Shown here piece by piece: positions 1 to 9,328 of a stretch of DNA of 64,000 nucleotides. A model generated the notes under the pieces. That model was not told where the DNA came from. It was given only the letters and a program-made list of their open reading frames with translations, and made no database searches. The position numbers and the translations under genes were made by a program. How positions within the stretch are numbered: the stretch's first letter is position 1; each line of letters begins with the position of its first letter. Location of the stretch: positions 1 to 64,000 of the IMG/VR virus record IMGVR_UViG_3300036832_000775; one strand, given 5' to 3'. The stretch is from a virus.

Positions 1-27
1 GCGCATAAAAATTGTGTCCCGGCTCTC

Positions 28-42
28 TTGCACCATTTGCAA
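28..42. promoter_or_regulatory. Operator-like palindrome TTGCA-N5-TGCAA
   Basis: TTGCACCATTTGCAA, upstream of the 165..632 gene. Confidence 0.75.
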
Positions 43-164
43 CCAGGCTGGATTCGGGTACGAGTCAAGTTGTCGCGTTCGTCTGATACTATCCCACAAC
101 CGGCCGAGTGTGATGGGCGCGGGCGTCTTGTATATTTCAGCTGAAAAAACCGAGGAGAGCACGC

Positions 165-632
165 ATGACGAAAGTGTGTATCGTTGGCGATATGTACTAC
201 ACAGATTTGAGTATCGGCGGTGGCCCAATCATCCCGCCCGGTGGCGGCGGTGGCGCCCCAGGTTATCCCGCCCATCCGTGGGTTCCGCCTTGGGGGCCGG
301 CTCATCCTATCGCACCAGGGGGGCAACCTCCGGGGTTCTGGGGAGGCGTCGCACCGCCGTGGGTCGATACTACGCCTCCGGGGCCGCAGCCTGGACCGTC
401 GCATCCGTGGATTCCGCCGAGACCGGGACAGGGCCAGCCCCCCGGAATCTGGGGCGGCGCAAACGAGCCGTTCCCCACGCCGCCGATCTTCATCCCTCCA
501 AACGCGCCGCCGGTCGATCCGCCGACAGACGAGAGCAAGGTCGTATGGAAGAGCGGCTGGACGGCAGACAAAGGCTGGATCACGGTCGGGATTTTCCAGC
601 CTGAAGCGCCGATCCCCACTCCGTCTTCGTAA
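165..632 (+). CDS. Pro/Gly/Trp-rich repeat protein, function unknown
   Basis: GGAGAG RBS; repeats PAHPWVPP/PSHPWIPP and QPPG(F/I)WGG. Confidence 0.75.
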   Translation: MTKVCIVGDMYYTDLSIGGGPIIPPGGGGGAPGYPAHPWVPPWGPAHPIAPGGQPPGFWGGVAPPWVDTTPPGPQPGPSHPWIPPRPGQGQPPGIWGGANEPFPTPPIFIPPNAPPVDPPTDESKVVWKSGWTADKGWITVGIFQPEAPIPTPSS

Positions 633-653
633 GCGTAAAGGGTACTTAGTTCG

Positions 654-679
654 CCCCAGCTCGCCCAGGCGGGCTGGGG
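654..679. terminator. Hairpin between convergent genes, possible bidirectional terminator
   Basis: ccccagctcgc-ccag-gcgggctgggg stem-loop; no strong U-tract. Confidence 0.5.
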
Positions 680-1183
680 TTAGCGTCTGCCAATGAAAGG
701 CGCGCCGCTGGCTCTGCGGTCAAATAACAGCCAGGCGCAATTGTCCTTGCCGACATGCGGGCTCCCCGGAATCCATTTCACGCGACCGACCGCAACGATC
801 AAGCTCAGCCGTTGCGTCAGTGGGCCGGACGATTGATTGAAGAGCCAGTCAGCTGACATCAGGAGCCATGTCGGCGCTTGGTTCGATAGATTCGTGATCA
901 GCGGATGCAAGTTTTTGGGCTTGCCCCAAAATGGCGGATTGGTGATGAAAAATTCCCCGTCCTGCATCCCGTAGTCATGCTCGCGCGCATCGATCGGCAG
1001 ATCGAACCCGCCGCAGAATATATGCCCTGCCGCGTCCAGAGCCCGTCGCAATGCGCCGTCGCCGTAACAGGGCTCGATGAATCGAGTCTTAGGCTTGAGC
1101 CAGGGCAAGAGCGGCTCAACCGCTTTGGCCGGCGTATTGTACAGGTCCCGCGGGAGCCGCTCGAACTGCGAGCGCTTGCCCAT
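680..1183 (-). CDS. Small N6-adenine DNA methyltransferase
   Basis: Y-x-TP N-terminus, motif I-like IEPCYGDG, catalytic ITNPPF. Confidence 0.8.
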   Translation of the reverse strand: MGKRSQFERLPRDLYNTPAKAVEPLLPWLKPKTRFIEPCYGDGALRRALDAAGHIFCGGFDLPIDAREHDYGMQDGEFFITNPPFWGKPKNLHPLITNLSNQAPTWLLMSADWLFNQSSGPLTQRLSLIVAVGRVKWIPGSPHVGKDNCAWLLFDRRASGAPFIGRR

Positions 1184-1364
1184 CAGCTGAACCAGGTGAT
1201 CATCGAATAGCGCGTGATGAAGGAGGTCAAGTCGGCCAGGTATCGCATCCTCAAATTCCGCTGCATTCTGGGGACGTGGACCTATGAGGTCTGCGACGGC
1301 TACTGCGTGCTCGGCTATTACAAGTCATGGACGGCGGCCAAAGCGCGCCTCGCCGATGAGCTGG

Positions 1365-1694
1365 CTAAAACTGAAACTCGGCGACCACCTCCCACGAGTA
1401 ATCAGTCAGCGCATCTTTCATCCACTCCCAATATTTCTCATCCTCACCATGAAACCGATCCGGCCCCGTGATCTCGATGTTGGGGCAGAGCCCCAGCTCA
1501 AAGGCGGCGCGCAGCCGGTGGCTGCCCTCGATCGCGTACAGTTCTCCGCGCCAATCGACGCAGCGAATCCTCGGCCGCCCCAGCTCGCGCATGTCCTCGA
1601 TGACGTCGCGGAGATGACCGGGGTCCGGCTCGTGCTTGGCCCAGATGCGCAGGACGCGCTTGCCCCCCAGTTCGATCATTGGATTCCCCACCAT
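1365..1694 (-). CDS. ParB/Srx-like N-terminal domain protein
   Basis: YAIEGSHRLRAA resembles the GxHR motif. Confidence 0.55.
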   Translation of the reverse strand: MVGNPMIELGGKRVLRIWAKHEPDPGHLRDVIEDMRELGRPRIRCVDWRGELYAIEGSHRLRAAFELGLCPNIEITGPDRFHGEDEKYWEWMKDALTDYSWEVVAEFQF

Positions 1695-1873
1695 AGCTTC
1701 ATGCAGGCGTCACAGAATTGGCAGGCGTGGCCGTCTTCCTTCCACATCATCAGCGGCACCTCGCCTTCGCGGATCACCGCCGAGCAATACGAGCACAGCG
1801 CCGATCGCGGAGAGTCGGGGCGACCCCACGTCACCCGGTCCCAGTCGAACCCTTCTTTCGGCTCGAAGATCAT
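1676..1873 (-). CDS. Small Zn-finger protein
   Basis: CSYC...CDAC. Confidence 0.55.
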   Translation of the reverse strand: MIFEPKEGFDWDRVTWGRPDSPRSALCSYCSAVIREGEVPLMMWKEDGHACQFCDACMKLWWGIQ

Positions 1874-2178
1874 AAGGGGGGTTTGCCGAGCGTCTTGCGA
1901 TCGGCGTCGCGTTGCTCTGGCGTCAATGGCGGTGCGCCTTGCCAGCTCGTCTCGTAGCCGCGTTCAGTGAGCCATCGAATTGACTCCTCAAGCATCGCGT
2001 CGGTGGCGTCGAGCCATTGCAACCGTGCTTTGTGAGCGGCGGCAAGAGGGACGTCCGGCCGCGCCCAATCGCGCTTGTCGCCGAACAGCTGTTCATCGAA
2101 CACCTTGATCGCATGCTCAAGCGTCATGTCGCGGAAGAGCGCGTCGCGCTTTTCGTTAAATTCCTGAACGCCGCTCAT
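1870..2178 (-). CDS. Hypothetical protein
   Basis: ATGA-coupled in operon, globular composition. Confidence 0.6.
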   Translation of the reverse strand: MSGVQEFNEKRDALFRDMTLEHAIKVFDEQLFGDKRDWARPDVPLAAAHKARLQWLDATDAMLEESIRWLTERGYETSWQGAPPLTPEQRDADRKTLGKPPL

Positions 2179-2617
2179 TGCCGCGTCTCAGTCGCTACGT
2201 CCGGCATTGGCGGCGGGGGCGGCGGGGGCGGCGGCTGCATGGCGTTGGTGATGATCGCCCAGGTCATGCAAGCGAGGCCGCCGATTAAGTCCGTTTGCGG
2301 CCGCGCGCCGAAATGCCATTTCCACCCAACGACCCCGTTCGGGTCGACGGTGATGATGGCGAAGGCCGCGACCTTCGCAGCGTTGGCGCGCTCGAGGCTC
2401 TCCTCGAAGGCCTCGACCGAGCGCGGGAAGGGGTGGGCCTGCTGAGTTGTTTCATTCACCGTTGAGTCTCCGTTCTGAGTAGAGGTTGTAGTCCCGGTCA
2501 AGGATGGCGACGATGAAGTCGAGCGCCGTGTGCGCGTCCGTTTGCGCTTTCGCGTCGCGCTTGAGGAGACCGTTGCGGATGATGTCGAGGCACCATTTGA
2601 CGTGCTTGCGATCGTCA

Positions 2618-3025
2618 TCATTGAGATCCTGACGTCGCGCCGAGGCGCGCCTTGATAAAAGCGATGGCGGCTCGCCGCGCCTGCCGATGTATTTGTCGGC
2701 GAGCTTTTTCATCGCCAGCCTGCGGGTTGCCGTCTCGACGTCGGGCCTCAAGCTCTTGCTCCTGTCCGTAGGCGCCCATGAGCGTGATCGTGGCGACCAG
2801 GGCTGGGTCTCCGGCGATCTCGACAATCTCCTCGTCGGTCGGGTTCCGCAGGCTGAGATCGGCGTTGTAGATCATGACGTGCCGGCAATAGAGGCACACG
2901 GTCATGTCGCCATCGCGGGGGCTGTGCTCTCCGCCCATGCCGATCATCGACGAGGCGTCGATCCCTATGCCGCAGTTGAGACATGGCGACTTAGTGTGCC
3001 GTGTGGTGCTCGCAGATAAGGCCAT
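2618..3025 (-). CDS. Zn-ribbon hypothetical protein
   Basis: CLNC...CLYC. Confidence 0.5.
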   Translation of the reverse strand: MALSASTTRHTKSPCLNCGIGIDASSMIGMGGEHSPRDGDMTVCLYCRHVMIYNADLSLRNPTDEEIVEIAGDPALVATITLMGAYGQEQELEARRRDGNPQAGDEKARRQIHRQARRAAIAFIKARLGATSGSQ

Positions 3026-3216
3026 CCATCGACTCTCCCTTGAGCTGGCGAACTATGCCGGCCATGAAATGCGCCCAGCCGGCCTCATCGAATCCAAATG
3101 TGGCGAGGGGCTTATCGTTTGCGTCGAGCAACATTGCCTTGTAGGTGCCGCAGCCGCACGGGCAGAGACCAAGCCATTCGACCGAGTCAGCGGACGGGAT
3201 GCGCTTCTTGGCCATG

Positions 3217-4542
3217 TCAGAACTCCACGTCAGGCATCGGCTCCGAGTCGTCGGGGTCGGCTTTAGGCGTTGGCTGGGTATGCGGGAAGGCGCGCAGCGG
3301 GCGGCCGGTCCAATAGACGTAGGTTGCCCCATCGTGGCGAGCGACATTGAGGATCTCGAGCGCGACCAGGTCCTCGCGCATCCTCTGGATCCTTTTTTTG
3401 AGCGTCTCGCGCCATCGCTTCTCGGCGATAGCCGCCTCGGCCGTCGTCTGCTGATCCGGCGCGATCGTGTCCGGTGGGCTCAGCTCAACGTAGAGGCGCT
3501 TGGTATCCTCCCAAGGGGCCAGCGAACGCACAGCGGAGGCCAAGGAGAGCTCCCGAGGGACCGGGATGCCGTATCGGCGCTCGCAGTCGAAAAAGGCGCG
3601 CATGAACACTTCCTGGGCCTTGTTCAACCGGTAGCCCTTGAGCTCCTCTTCGCGCCGCACCGCCTCTTTCTCACCGACGGGGATGCATACGCAGCTCGTG
3701 ATCGGCTGCCCGTCTTCATCGACGCCGATCGTCAGCGGGAACAGCTCAAAGTTCATGCTCCGACCGTCTTCGTCGTCTTTTTGCTTATCCAACTTGACGG
3801 TCCGAATTTTGGTTTGCTCGTCCCGCTCGACGAGGAGCACCTGGCCGACGTTGGCATAGACCGAAGTGTGGCCGCGCAGCTTGCCGCCAGCCGCATTGAG
3901 ATGATGAACGAGCATCACATGGCAGCCGCAGCGCTCGCTGATCTTCGCGACGTTCGCGAGAACCATCGACATGTCCCTGCCGCTGTTCTCATCGGCCCCA
4001 GGCGTCGCCGTCGCTAATGTATCGATGACGACCAGGCGGAGCGGATCGCTGAACACTTTCGCGTGCTCGATGATCTCAGTGATCAGCGCATCCACGTCAT
4101 CGGTGGAGTGATAAACGTCGATCGGTTTCTGCAGGAGCACAAACGGGGTTTCCCTCGTCCAGATCCTGCCATGATGCTGCCGCCAGGCACGCAGTCGCTT
4201 CTTGCAACCGACGGCCCCTTCGCCTGCCTGGTAGACGACGGCGCCGTGTTTAACCCGGAGACCGAATAGCGGGCGCGCCTCGGCGACGCAGAGGCCGACC
4301 TCGAGGGCGAAGAATGATTTGCCGCTGCGCGAGGCTCCGGCGACGACAGAGACCTCGTTGCACGCCAGCCATCCCTGAACCAACCAGTTGTGCTCGGGGC
4401 CTGGATTGTCGAGCTCGTCCAAGTAGAGCGCTCCAAATTTGCTGCGGATCGGATCGTCGAAGACCCAGGCGACTCGCTTGAAGAAATCATCGCTGCTTTC
4501 GATGCCGACCGGATGCTCAATAACGTCGGGGAAAGCGCTCAT
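3217..4542 (-). CDS. AAA_25/RepA-like replicative helicase
   Basis: Walker A GASRSGKS, YQAGEG, Walker B LVVIDT, DEN, VHH; true start MSAFPD overlaps the primase stop. Confidence 0.9.
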   Translation of the reverse strand: MSAFPDVIEHPVGIESSDDFFKRVAWVFDDPIRSKFGALYLDELDNPGPEHNWLVQGWLACNEVSVVAGASRSGKSFFALEVGLCVAEARPLFGLRVKHGAVVYQAGEGAVGCKKRLRAWRQHHGRIWTRETPFVLLQKPIDVYHSTDDVDALITEIIEHAKVFSDPLRLVVIDTLATATPGADENSGRDMSMVLANVAKISERCGCHVMLVHHLNAAGGKLRGHTSVYANVGQVLLVERDEQTKIRTVKLDKQKDDEDGRSMNFELFPLTIGVDEDGQPITSCVCIPVGEKEAVRREEELKGYRLNKAQEVFMRAFFDCERRYGIPVPRELSLASAVRSLAPWEDTKRLYVELSPPDTIAPDQQTTAEAAIAEKRWRETLKKRIQRMREDLVALEILNVARHDGATYVYWTGRPLRAFPHTQPTPKADPDDSEPMPDVEF

Positions 4543-5744
4543 ATGTCCTCCTGGCGGCCCAGCTCGCGCAGGAGGAAGGCGTTGTAGTCGGTCCCCTTGG
4601 GCGGGAAGCTGAGATCGACGGCGAGGTCCTGCGCTCTGAATCGTTTGGCGGCGACGTGCAGCAAGGCCGTCGTCACGTAGCTCTCGGAATCGGCGTCGGC
4701 GATGAGGATGACCGACTTGATTCCATTGGGGAGAATGATGCCTGGGCGTTTCGGGTCCGGCTGCCCGTTCGGTATCTTCCGCGGTCGACCGTCCATGTCG
4801 ACGAGCTTCTTGTGCATCTTGCTGCCGGTCGCGGCGCCGGCCAGGTTGCCCAAATCCACCGCGGCGGCGAGCATCACCTCTTCCGGCCCGAGCCCGAGCT
4901 GATGCCACGCTAGCGCGTTCTCCCAACCTTCGCTGACGGCGATCGTTTCGGCTGGCTTCCCAAGGCGGATCATCCCGCCCTGTTTCTTGCCGCGGATCTT
5001 CTTGGACTTGTTGCGTGAGCTGCCAGTTGGCGTCCACTTTTTCGGCTCTTTGGGGTCAAGGTAGGTTTGACTGATGCCTATAACGTCGCCGAGTGCATCC
5101 CGTATGATGGCGATTAGAGCGGGTACGCTGGCGAGGAGGATGGGCTCGTTTGAGCCATTGTCCCCGAATCCCCAGTAGTCCAGATTTTGCACGTAACGCA
5201 AATCGCCGGTCAAGTGTCTTGAGGGCGTAAGTCCGCGCGTCTCTCTCATGTAGGCCTCGGCGTGCGTGTCCCAGATCGGGACCGCGCGCTTGATCACCTC
5301 GGAAATCGAGGCCTCGTCGGCGGCCGCCTTCTTCTCCATGGCGGCGCGCTCTTCCGCCTCGCGCTTGGCGTATTCAGCCGCGCGCACTTGGTGCGCCAGC
5401 TCACGGCGTTTGCGCTCCTCGGCGGTCTCGTCCCTGGTGCGGTCGGGCCTGGGCGTGCCGGTGATGCGCTCAACCGCCTCGATCATGTCGCAGCCGACGA
5501 CATGCCTTACGAGATTGATGCAATCGCCCTTGCCGTACTCATCGCCCGAGCCGCGGCACAGAAACACCCGTTTTTGTTGGTTTACAGCGAACCGATCTTT
5601 GCCGCCGCAGATCGGGCAGGGGCCGATCCACTCGTGCCCTTCTCGGTGGAGGTGAGCGCCATACTCGACCGCGACATCATGGATGTCCCGAGCCCTGGCC
5701 GCTTCAATCCAATTTGTCCACTCCGCATTCGATGCGCGCGCCAT
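4539..5744 (-). CDS. DNA primase (N-terminal Zn finger, C-terminal TOPRIM)
   Basis: GPCPICGGKDRF; SEGWENAL; ILIADAD; GTDYN. Confidence 0.88.
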   Translation of the reverse strand: MARASNAEWTNWIEAARARDIHDVAVEYGAHLHREGHEWIGPCPICGGKDRFAVNQQKRVFLCRGSGDEYGKGDCINLVRHVVGCDMIEAVERITGTPRPDRTRDETAEERKRRELAHQVRAAEYAKREAEERAAMEKKAAADEASISEVIKRAVPIWDTHAEAYMRETRGLTPSRHLTGDLRYVQNLDYWGFGDNGSNEPILLASVPALIAIIRDALGDVIGISQTYLDPKEPKKWTPTGSSRNKSKKIRGKKQGGMIRLGKPAETIAVSEGWENALAWHQLGLGPEEVMLAAAVDLGNLAGAATGSKMHKKLVDMDGRPRKIPNGQPDPKRPGIILPNGIKSVILIADADSESYVTTALLHVAAKRFRAQDLAVDLSFPPKGTDYNAFLLRELGRQEDI

Positions 5745-5781
5745 TGCCGTCTCGGTCGCCTCTCCCGATTAGGCTTGGGTT

Positions 5782-6081
5782 TTATTTAAAGGCCTCGACG
5801 AACGTGGCCATGCCTTGCTTGACGATCGTCTTTAACCACTCCGCGTGTTTGCCGTCTTTTTGCCACTCTGCAACCAAGTGGACGAAAATGTCAGCCGCCG
5901 CCTCGAGGGCGACGACATGCTTGAGGTGCTCCTTGCCCTCGGGACTCTCGCAGTAGACGAATGAATTGGCCTCGTAGGCCGTGCGCAACCCCCAGGCACG
6001 TTCAATGAGCGTGTCGCGGATGAGACAGAGCATGCGCTCGCGCTTCTCGTCCCGCGCGTCGATGGTTGCGGCGTCGCTCAT
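5782..6081 (-). CDS. Hypothetical protein
   Basis: coupled ORF in operon. Confidence 0.6.
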   Translation of the reverse strand: MSDAATIDARDEKRERMLCLIRDTLIERAWGLRTAYEANSFVYCESPEGKEHLKHVVALEAAADIFVHLVAEWQKDGKHAEWLKTIVKQGMATFVEAFK

Positions 6082-6650
6082 GCCGCCCTCATCGGGTAGC
6101 GCGGCGGGATGATCTCGACGGCCTGCCGGAACATCATCTTGGAGATCGGCGGGGTTGCCCGCTTGTCATTGGCCAGGCAGGCGAACCACCAAAGCGCGCC
6201 CGCGTCGGCCTCGTCATCGTTCGCTGGGCTCCAGCCGAGCAACCGGCACATGGCGCGCGTGCGCCTCTTAGCGATGTCGCGCTTGAGCCTCCCATGGCCC
6301 AGGAAGCCCTTCCTGGCTGACGTGATCAGGACGTCATGCACGGGGACGCCCTTGAGCCTGGCGGCCGCTCCAAACAGCATATAAAGCCCGTTGAGCCGCA
6401 CGAGGGACGCCCTGGTCGTCTTGCCCGAGGAGCCCTCGAACGACAGGGGCTCCTCGATCCAGAGCTGGTCCGGACGCTCATCAGTCAGCCGGTGAGCGAT
6501 CCACCGCAAGGCGCGGGCACCCACTTCGAGATGGTTGTCCCCGCTATCCCCAAAGTTTACGGTCTCAAACCGTGGGACATCACCCGGCCGGCCGGAACAA
6601 ATACCCGTCTGCGTGGCCGCATCGACGGCCATGATGAGCGGCGCGGGCAT
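6078..6650 (-). CDS. RuvC-like Holliday junction resolvase
   Basis: IMAVDAATQTG, WIEEP, DDEADA acidic motifs. Confidence 0.75.
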   Translation of the reverse strand: MPAPLIMAVDAATQTGICSGRPGDVPRFETVNFGDSGDNHLEVGARALRWIAHRLTDERPDQLWIEEPLSFEGSSGKTTRASLVRLNGLYMLFGAAARLKGVPVHDVLITSARKGFLGHGRLKRDIAKRRTRAMCRLLGWSPANDDEADAGALWWFACLANDKRATPPISKMMFRQAVEIIPPRYPMRAA

Positions 6651-6659
6651 GGCTGCCCG

Positions 6660-7109
6660 CTATTCTGCAGCGCGATCGTCAAATTCCTCGGGGGGCTCGG
6701 TCACGAGCTCCTCGATCGGGTCGCGGCGCTTGCGCTGCCGGCGGGGCTGCGCCTGGGCCTGCGCCTTGGCCTCATCCATCGCGGCTCTGCCGAGCGGACT
6801 ATCGGCGAACGTGCCGAGCTGGCTCTGCAGGCGATCGAGCGCGGTCTGCGTGACCTCGTCGAGCTCAGTCTCGAGCTCCTCCATTTTGCGCAGGAGCTCG
6901 CGTTGCTTGACCGAGACCTTCAACGCCTTTTTATCGAACCCCTTTGTTTTCACCGCCTCTTCGATCGTGTCGCGGATTGCTTCGTGCAGCGGCTTGCAGC
7001 GATTGGCGTAAAGCGCTTTTTCGGCCCGGAGATCCGCCATATAGCCTTCGACGGAGCGGACTACCTCTTCAGCTTCATCTTTGGTTGGGCCATTCGGGCG
7101 ATCGGTCAT
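6660..7109 (-). CDS. GapR-like DNA-binding protein
   Basis: helical AIRDTIEEAVKTKGFDKKALK..LGT pattern resembling GapR/DUF2312. Confidence 0.5.
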   Translation of the reverse strand: MTDRPNGPTKDEAEEVVRSVEGYMADLRAEKALYANRCKPLHEAIRDTIEEAVKTKGFDKKALKVSVKQRELLRKMEELETELDEVTQTALDRLQSQLGTFADSPLGRAAMDEAKAQAQAQPRRQRKRRDPIEELVTEPPEEFDDRAAE

Positions 7110-7333
7110 GCTGTCTCCTTCGTTTTTGGTTTTGACTGCGGGGAGACCGCAAACATTAGGTCTGAGATGTCGACCTCACCGCCGGTCGCTTCTATGATTT
7201 TCGTGAGGTTTTGGCGCTTGGGAATCGTGGTGCCGCTCAACAATCTGTAGATAGTTGTCGGGTGTACGCCAACCCGCGCCGCGAATTGCTCGGGGTTCAT
7301 TTCCTTCTTGGCGAGATACTCGCTTAGGCGCAT
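7106..7333 (-). CDS. Cro-like XRE HTH regulator
   Basis: MRLSEYL..EQFAARVGVHPTTIYRLLSG..IIEATGGEVDISDL; first gene of the leftward operon. Confidence 0.85.
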   Translation of the reverse strand: MRLSEYLAKKEMNPEQFAARVGVHPTTIYRLLSGTTIPKRQNLTKIIEATGGEVDISDLMFAVSPQSKPKTKETA

Positions 7334-7359
7334 GGGCGGCTACCATAAACGGCGGCATC

Positions 7360-7407
7360 TTGCGGTCAATGCAAATTCCCCCTTGCCCGGACTTGCACGA
7401 ACTGCAA
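7360..7407. promoter_or_regulatory. Tandem operators in the divergent control region
   Basis: TTGCGGTCAATGCAA (7360-7374, one mismatch) and TTGCACGAACTGCAA (7393-7407). Confidence 0.8.
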
Positions 7408-7565
7408 AACTTGATTCGCCATCGATCCGCCCGCTCGGCCGATGCGATGAGCTGTGTCGGGACGGTTAGTCGAGGCAGGCCGTAAGGCGCGCGCCACGGT
7501 CGGATCGGTCCATGGGAGGTCGGGGGCGGTCTTAGTCGGGCCGCCCCCGCAGGGGAGTGGGAGCA

Positions 7566-7978
7566 TGCGATATCGAGTTCAAGTTACGGTCGGAGCCGGC
7601 CATTTAACTGCCGTCATCGAGGCCTCCTGCAAAGACAATCCGGAGCCGGATCTTCGAGTCGAGCCTATCAATCAGCCAGCCCTGCCAGCCCCGCCGCGCC
7701 GGACGGCGGCGCTTATGCGTCCAGGCGCGGAGCCGAAGCCCAAGGCGCAAAGGCGATCTCCCTCCAGCTCTGGCGAGCGCCGGGAGGTCATCGAGAAGTC
7801 TCTGAGAACTGGACCGAAGCGCTGGAAGGAATTGAAGACCGCCCTCGAGGCCGCCAGCCTTTCACCGTGGACGCTCAACTCGCTGATCTCGACATGGCAG
7901 AAAGAGGGCAAGATTCGGCGCGGCCCCGAGGGGCTCTGGAGCCTGGTGGCGAAACATGACGAATCGGCGATTACCTGA
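7566..7978 (+). CDS. Hypothetical protein with possible C-terminal winged helix
   Basis: GGGAG RBS before MRYRVQ; RWKELK..LNSLISTWQKEGKIRR..GLWSL; start approximate. Confidence 0.5.
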
Positions 7979-8390
7979 ACGCTTCCTGACTGACTTCCCC
8001 GATCTTCCATGGCTCGGTCAGTACATTCTTGGCGGCGAGGAGGGGCACACGCCCATCCCCTGCTATTCGCTAACCGAATGGGGCCAGTTCATGGAAGGCG
8101 ACAAGCGGCTCGTCGCCCGCACCGGGAACGACACGAAGTGGGTTTCGACGGTGTTCTTGGGCCTCGATCATCACTTCTTGTGGGGCGGTCCGCCGCTCGT
8201 CTTCGAGACCATGGCGTTCATTAACGAAGGCCGGACCATCAAGCTGGGCGACAGCGAGATGCCCGTCGCCGAGCCTCTCGATCAGGCCCGCTATTCGTCA
8301 TGGGACGACGCCGAGATCGGCCACCAGGCGCTCGTGCGCAAATGGCTGATCAACGCCAAGACCCGTGTCGTGAGGGTCGATTCCGAATGA
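7956..8390 (+). CDS. Phage hypothetical protein
   Basis: VSTVFLGLDH..PLVFETM..RYSSW motif common in phage small proteins (recall). Confidence 0.7.
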   Translation: MTNRRLPERFLTDFPDLPWLGQYILGGEEGHTPIPCYSLTEWGQFMEGDKRLVARTGNDTKWVSTVFLGLDHHFLWGGPPLVFETMAFINEGRTIKLGDSEMPVAEPLDQARYSSWDDAEIGHQALVRKWLINAKTRVVRVDSE

Positions 8391-9328
8391 TCCATTCTTG
8401 GCCCATCACGAGCCGAGAGGAGTGGCTCGCGCGCCGACGTCGCAACGTCAACGCGAGCGAGGCCGCGGCGCTGTTCGGGCCGGAGATCCACCCGAGCCTC
8501 ACGCCCTACAAGCTCTGGGCGCTCAAGTGCGAGAAGATCGACGATCCGGAAGACAACCCGACGATGCGGCGCGGGCGCAAGTTTGAGCCGGTCGTCGTCG
8601 ACATCCTCCGCGAAGAGAACCCGACGTGGAAGATCGCAAGGTCTGGGGTTTATCTCTGGGATGACCAGACCCGCATCGGCTGCACCCCTGATGTAGATGG
8701 GACCCGGCCCGACGTTTATGGGGACGGCATCGTCCAAATAAAAACTGTCGGGCAGTTTGCTTTCCGGAAACGCTGGCATGACGAGGAGGGCAACATCGCG
8801 ATCCCAACCTGGGTCGCGGTGCAGGCCTCGATCGAAGCCTATCTGACCGGCTCGACCTGGGCCGGCGTCGCGGCGTTGAGACTCGGCGACGGGGGCATCG
8901 AGGTCCTCTACGTCGATATCCCCTTAAAACCGCATCTCATCCACGCGATCGAGGACCTGACCGCTGAGTTCTGGCGTAGGGTCGCCGACAACGACCCTTA
9001 CGACCCCGATTTCGGGCACGATCGAAAGCTCATCTTCGACCTCTTCGTCGAGGGCAAAGGGCCGATCGTCGACCTTAGCGACGACGTCGAGTTCGGGGAA
9101 ATTCTGCAGGAGCGGGCGCAGCTCAAGCAGGTCGAAAAGGCGGGGGAGTCCGCGACCACTCAGCGAAAGGTCCTTGACGCACGGATCATCAATAAGCTCG
9201 GCAACTCCCCCGCCGCCCGCAGCGGCGGCCGCCTGGTGACGATCAAAGTCGTCCGCAAAAAATCCTACCAGGTCAAGGCCACGCAATACCCGCTGGTCAC
9301 TGTCAAAGGAGTTGAAGATGCCGACTAA
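8387..9328 (+). CDS. YqaJ-like viral recombinase exonuclease
   Basis: EEWLARRR, ASEAAALFG, TPYKLW, GCTPD, QIKT; adjacent to recT. Confidence 0.85.
   Translation: MIHSWPITSREEWLARRRRNVNASEAAALFGPEIHPSLTPYKLWALKCEKIDDPEDNPTMRRGRKFEPVVVDILREENPTWKIARSGVYLWDDQTRIGCTPDVDGTRPDVYGDGIVQIKTVGQFAFRKRWHDEEGNIAIPTWVAVQASIEAYLTGSTWAGVAALRLGDGGIEVLYVDIPLKPHLIHAIEDLTAEFWRRVADNDPYDPDFGHDRKLIFDLFVEGKGPIVDLSDDVEFGEILQERAQLKQVEKAGESATTQRKVLDARIINKLGNSPAARSGGRLVTIKVVRKKSYQVKATQYPLVTVKGVEDAD

Noticed and set aside
680-1183. Restriction-modification system
   Set aside because: Orphan methyltransferase; the only PD-(D/E)xK candidate (57214) is unlinked
3880-3900. NAAGG in the helicase (and NAAGG in the fibre) as GG-motif copies
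   Set aside because: The helicase copy lies inside the conserved HH...RG motif, and the first residue does not fit the consensus
4543-5037. N-terminal extension of the 606-aa helicase ORF (primase-helicase fusion)
   Set aside because: Overlaps the primase in another frame; ATGA coupling at 4539-4542 marks the real start; no slippery site seen
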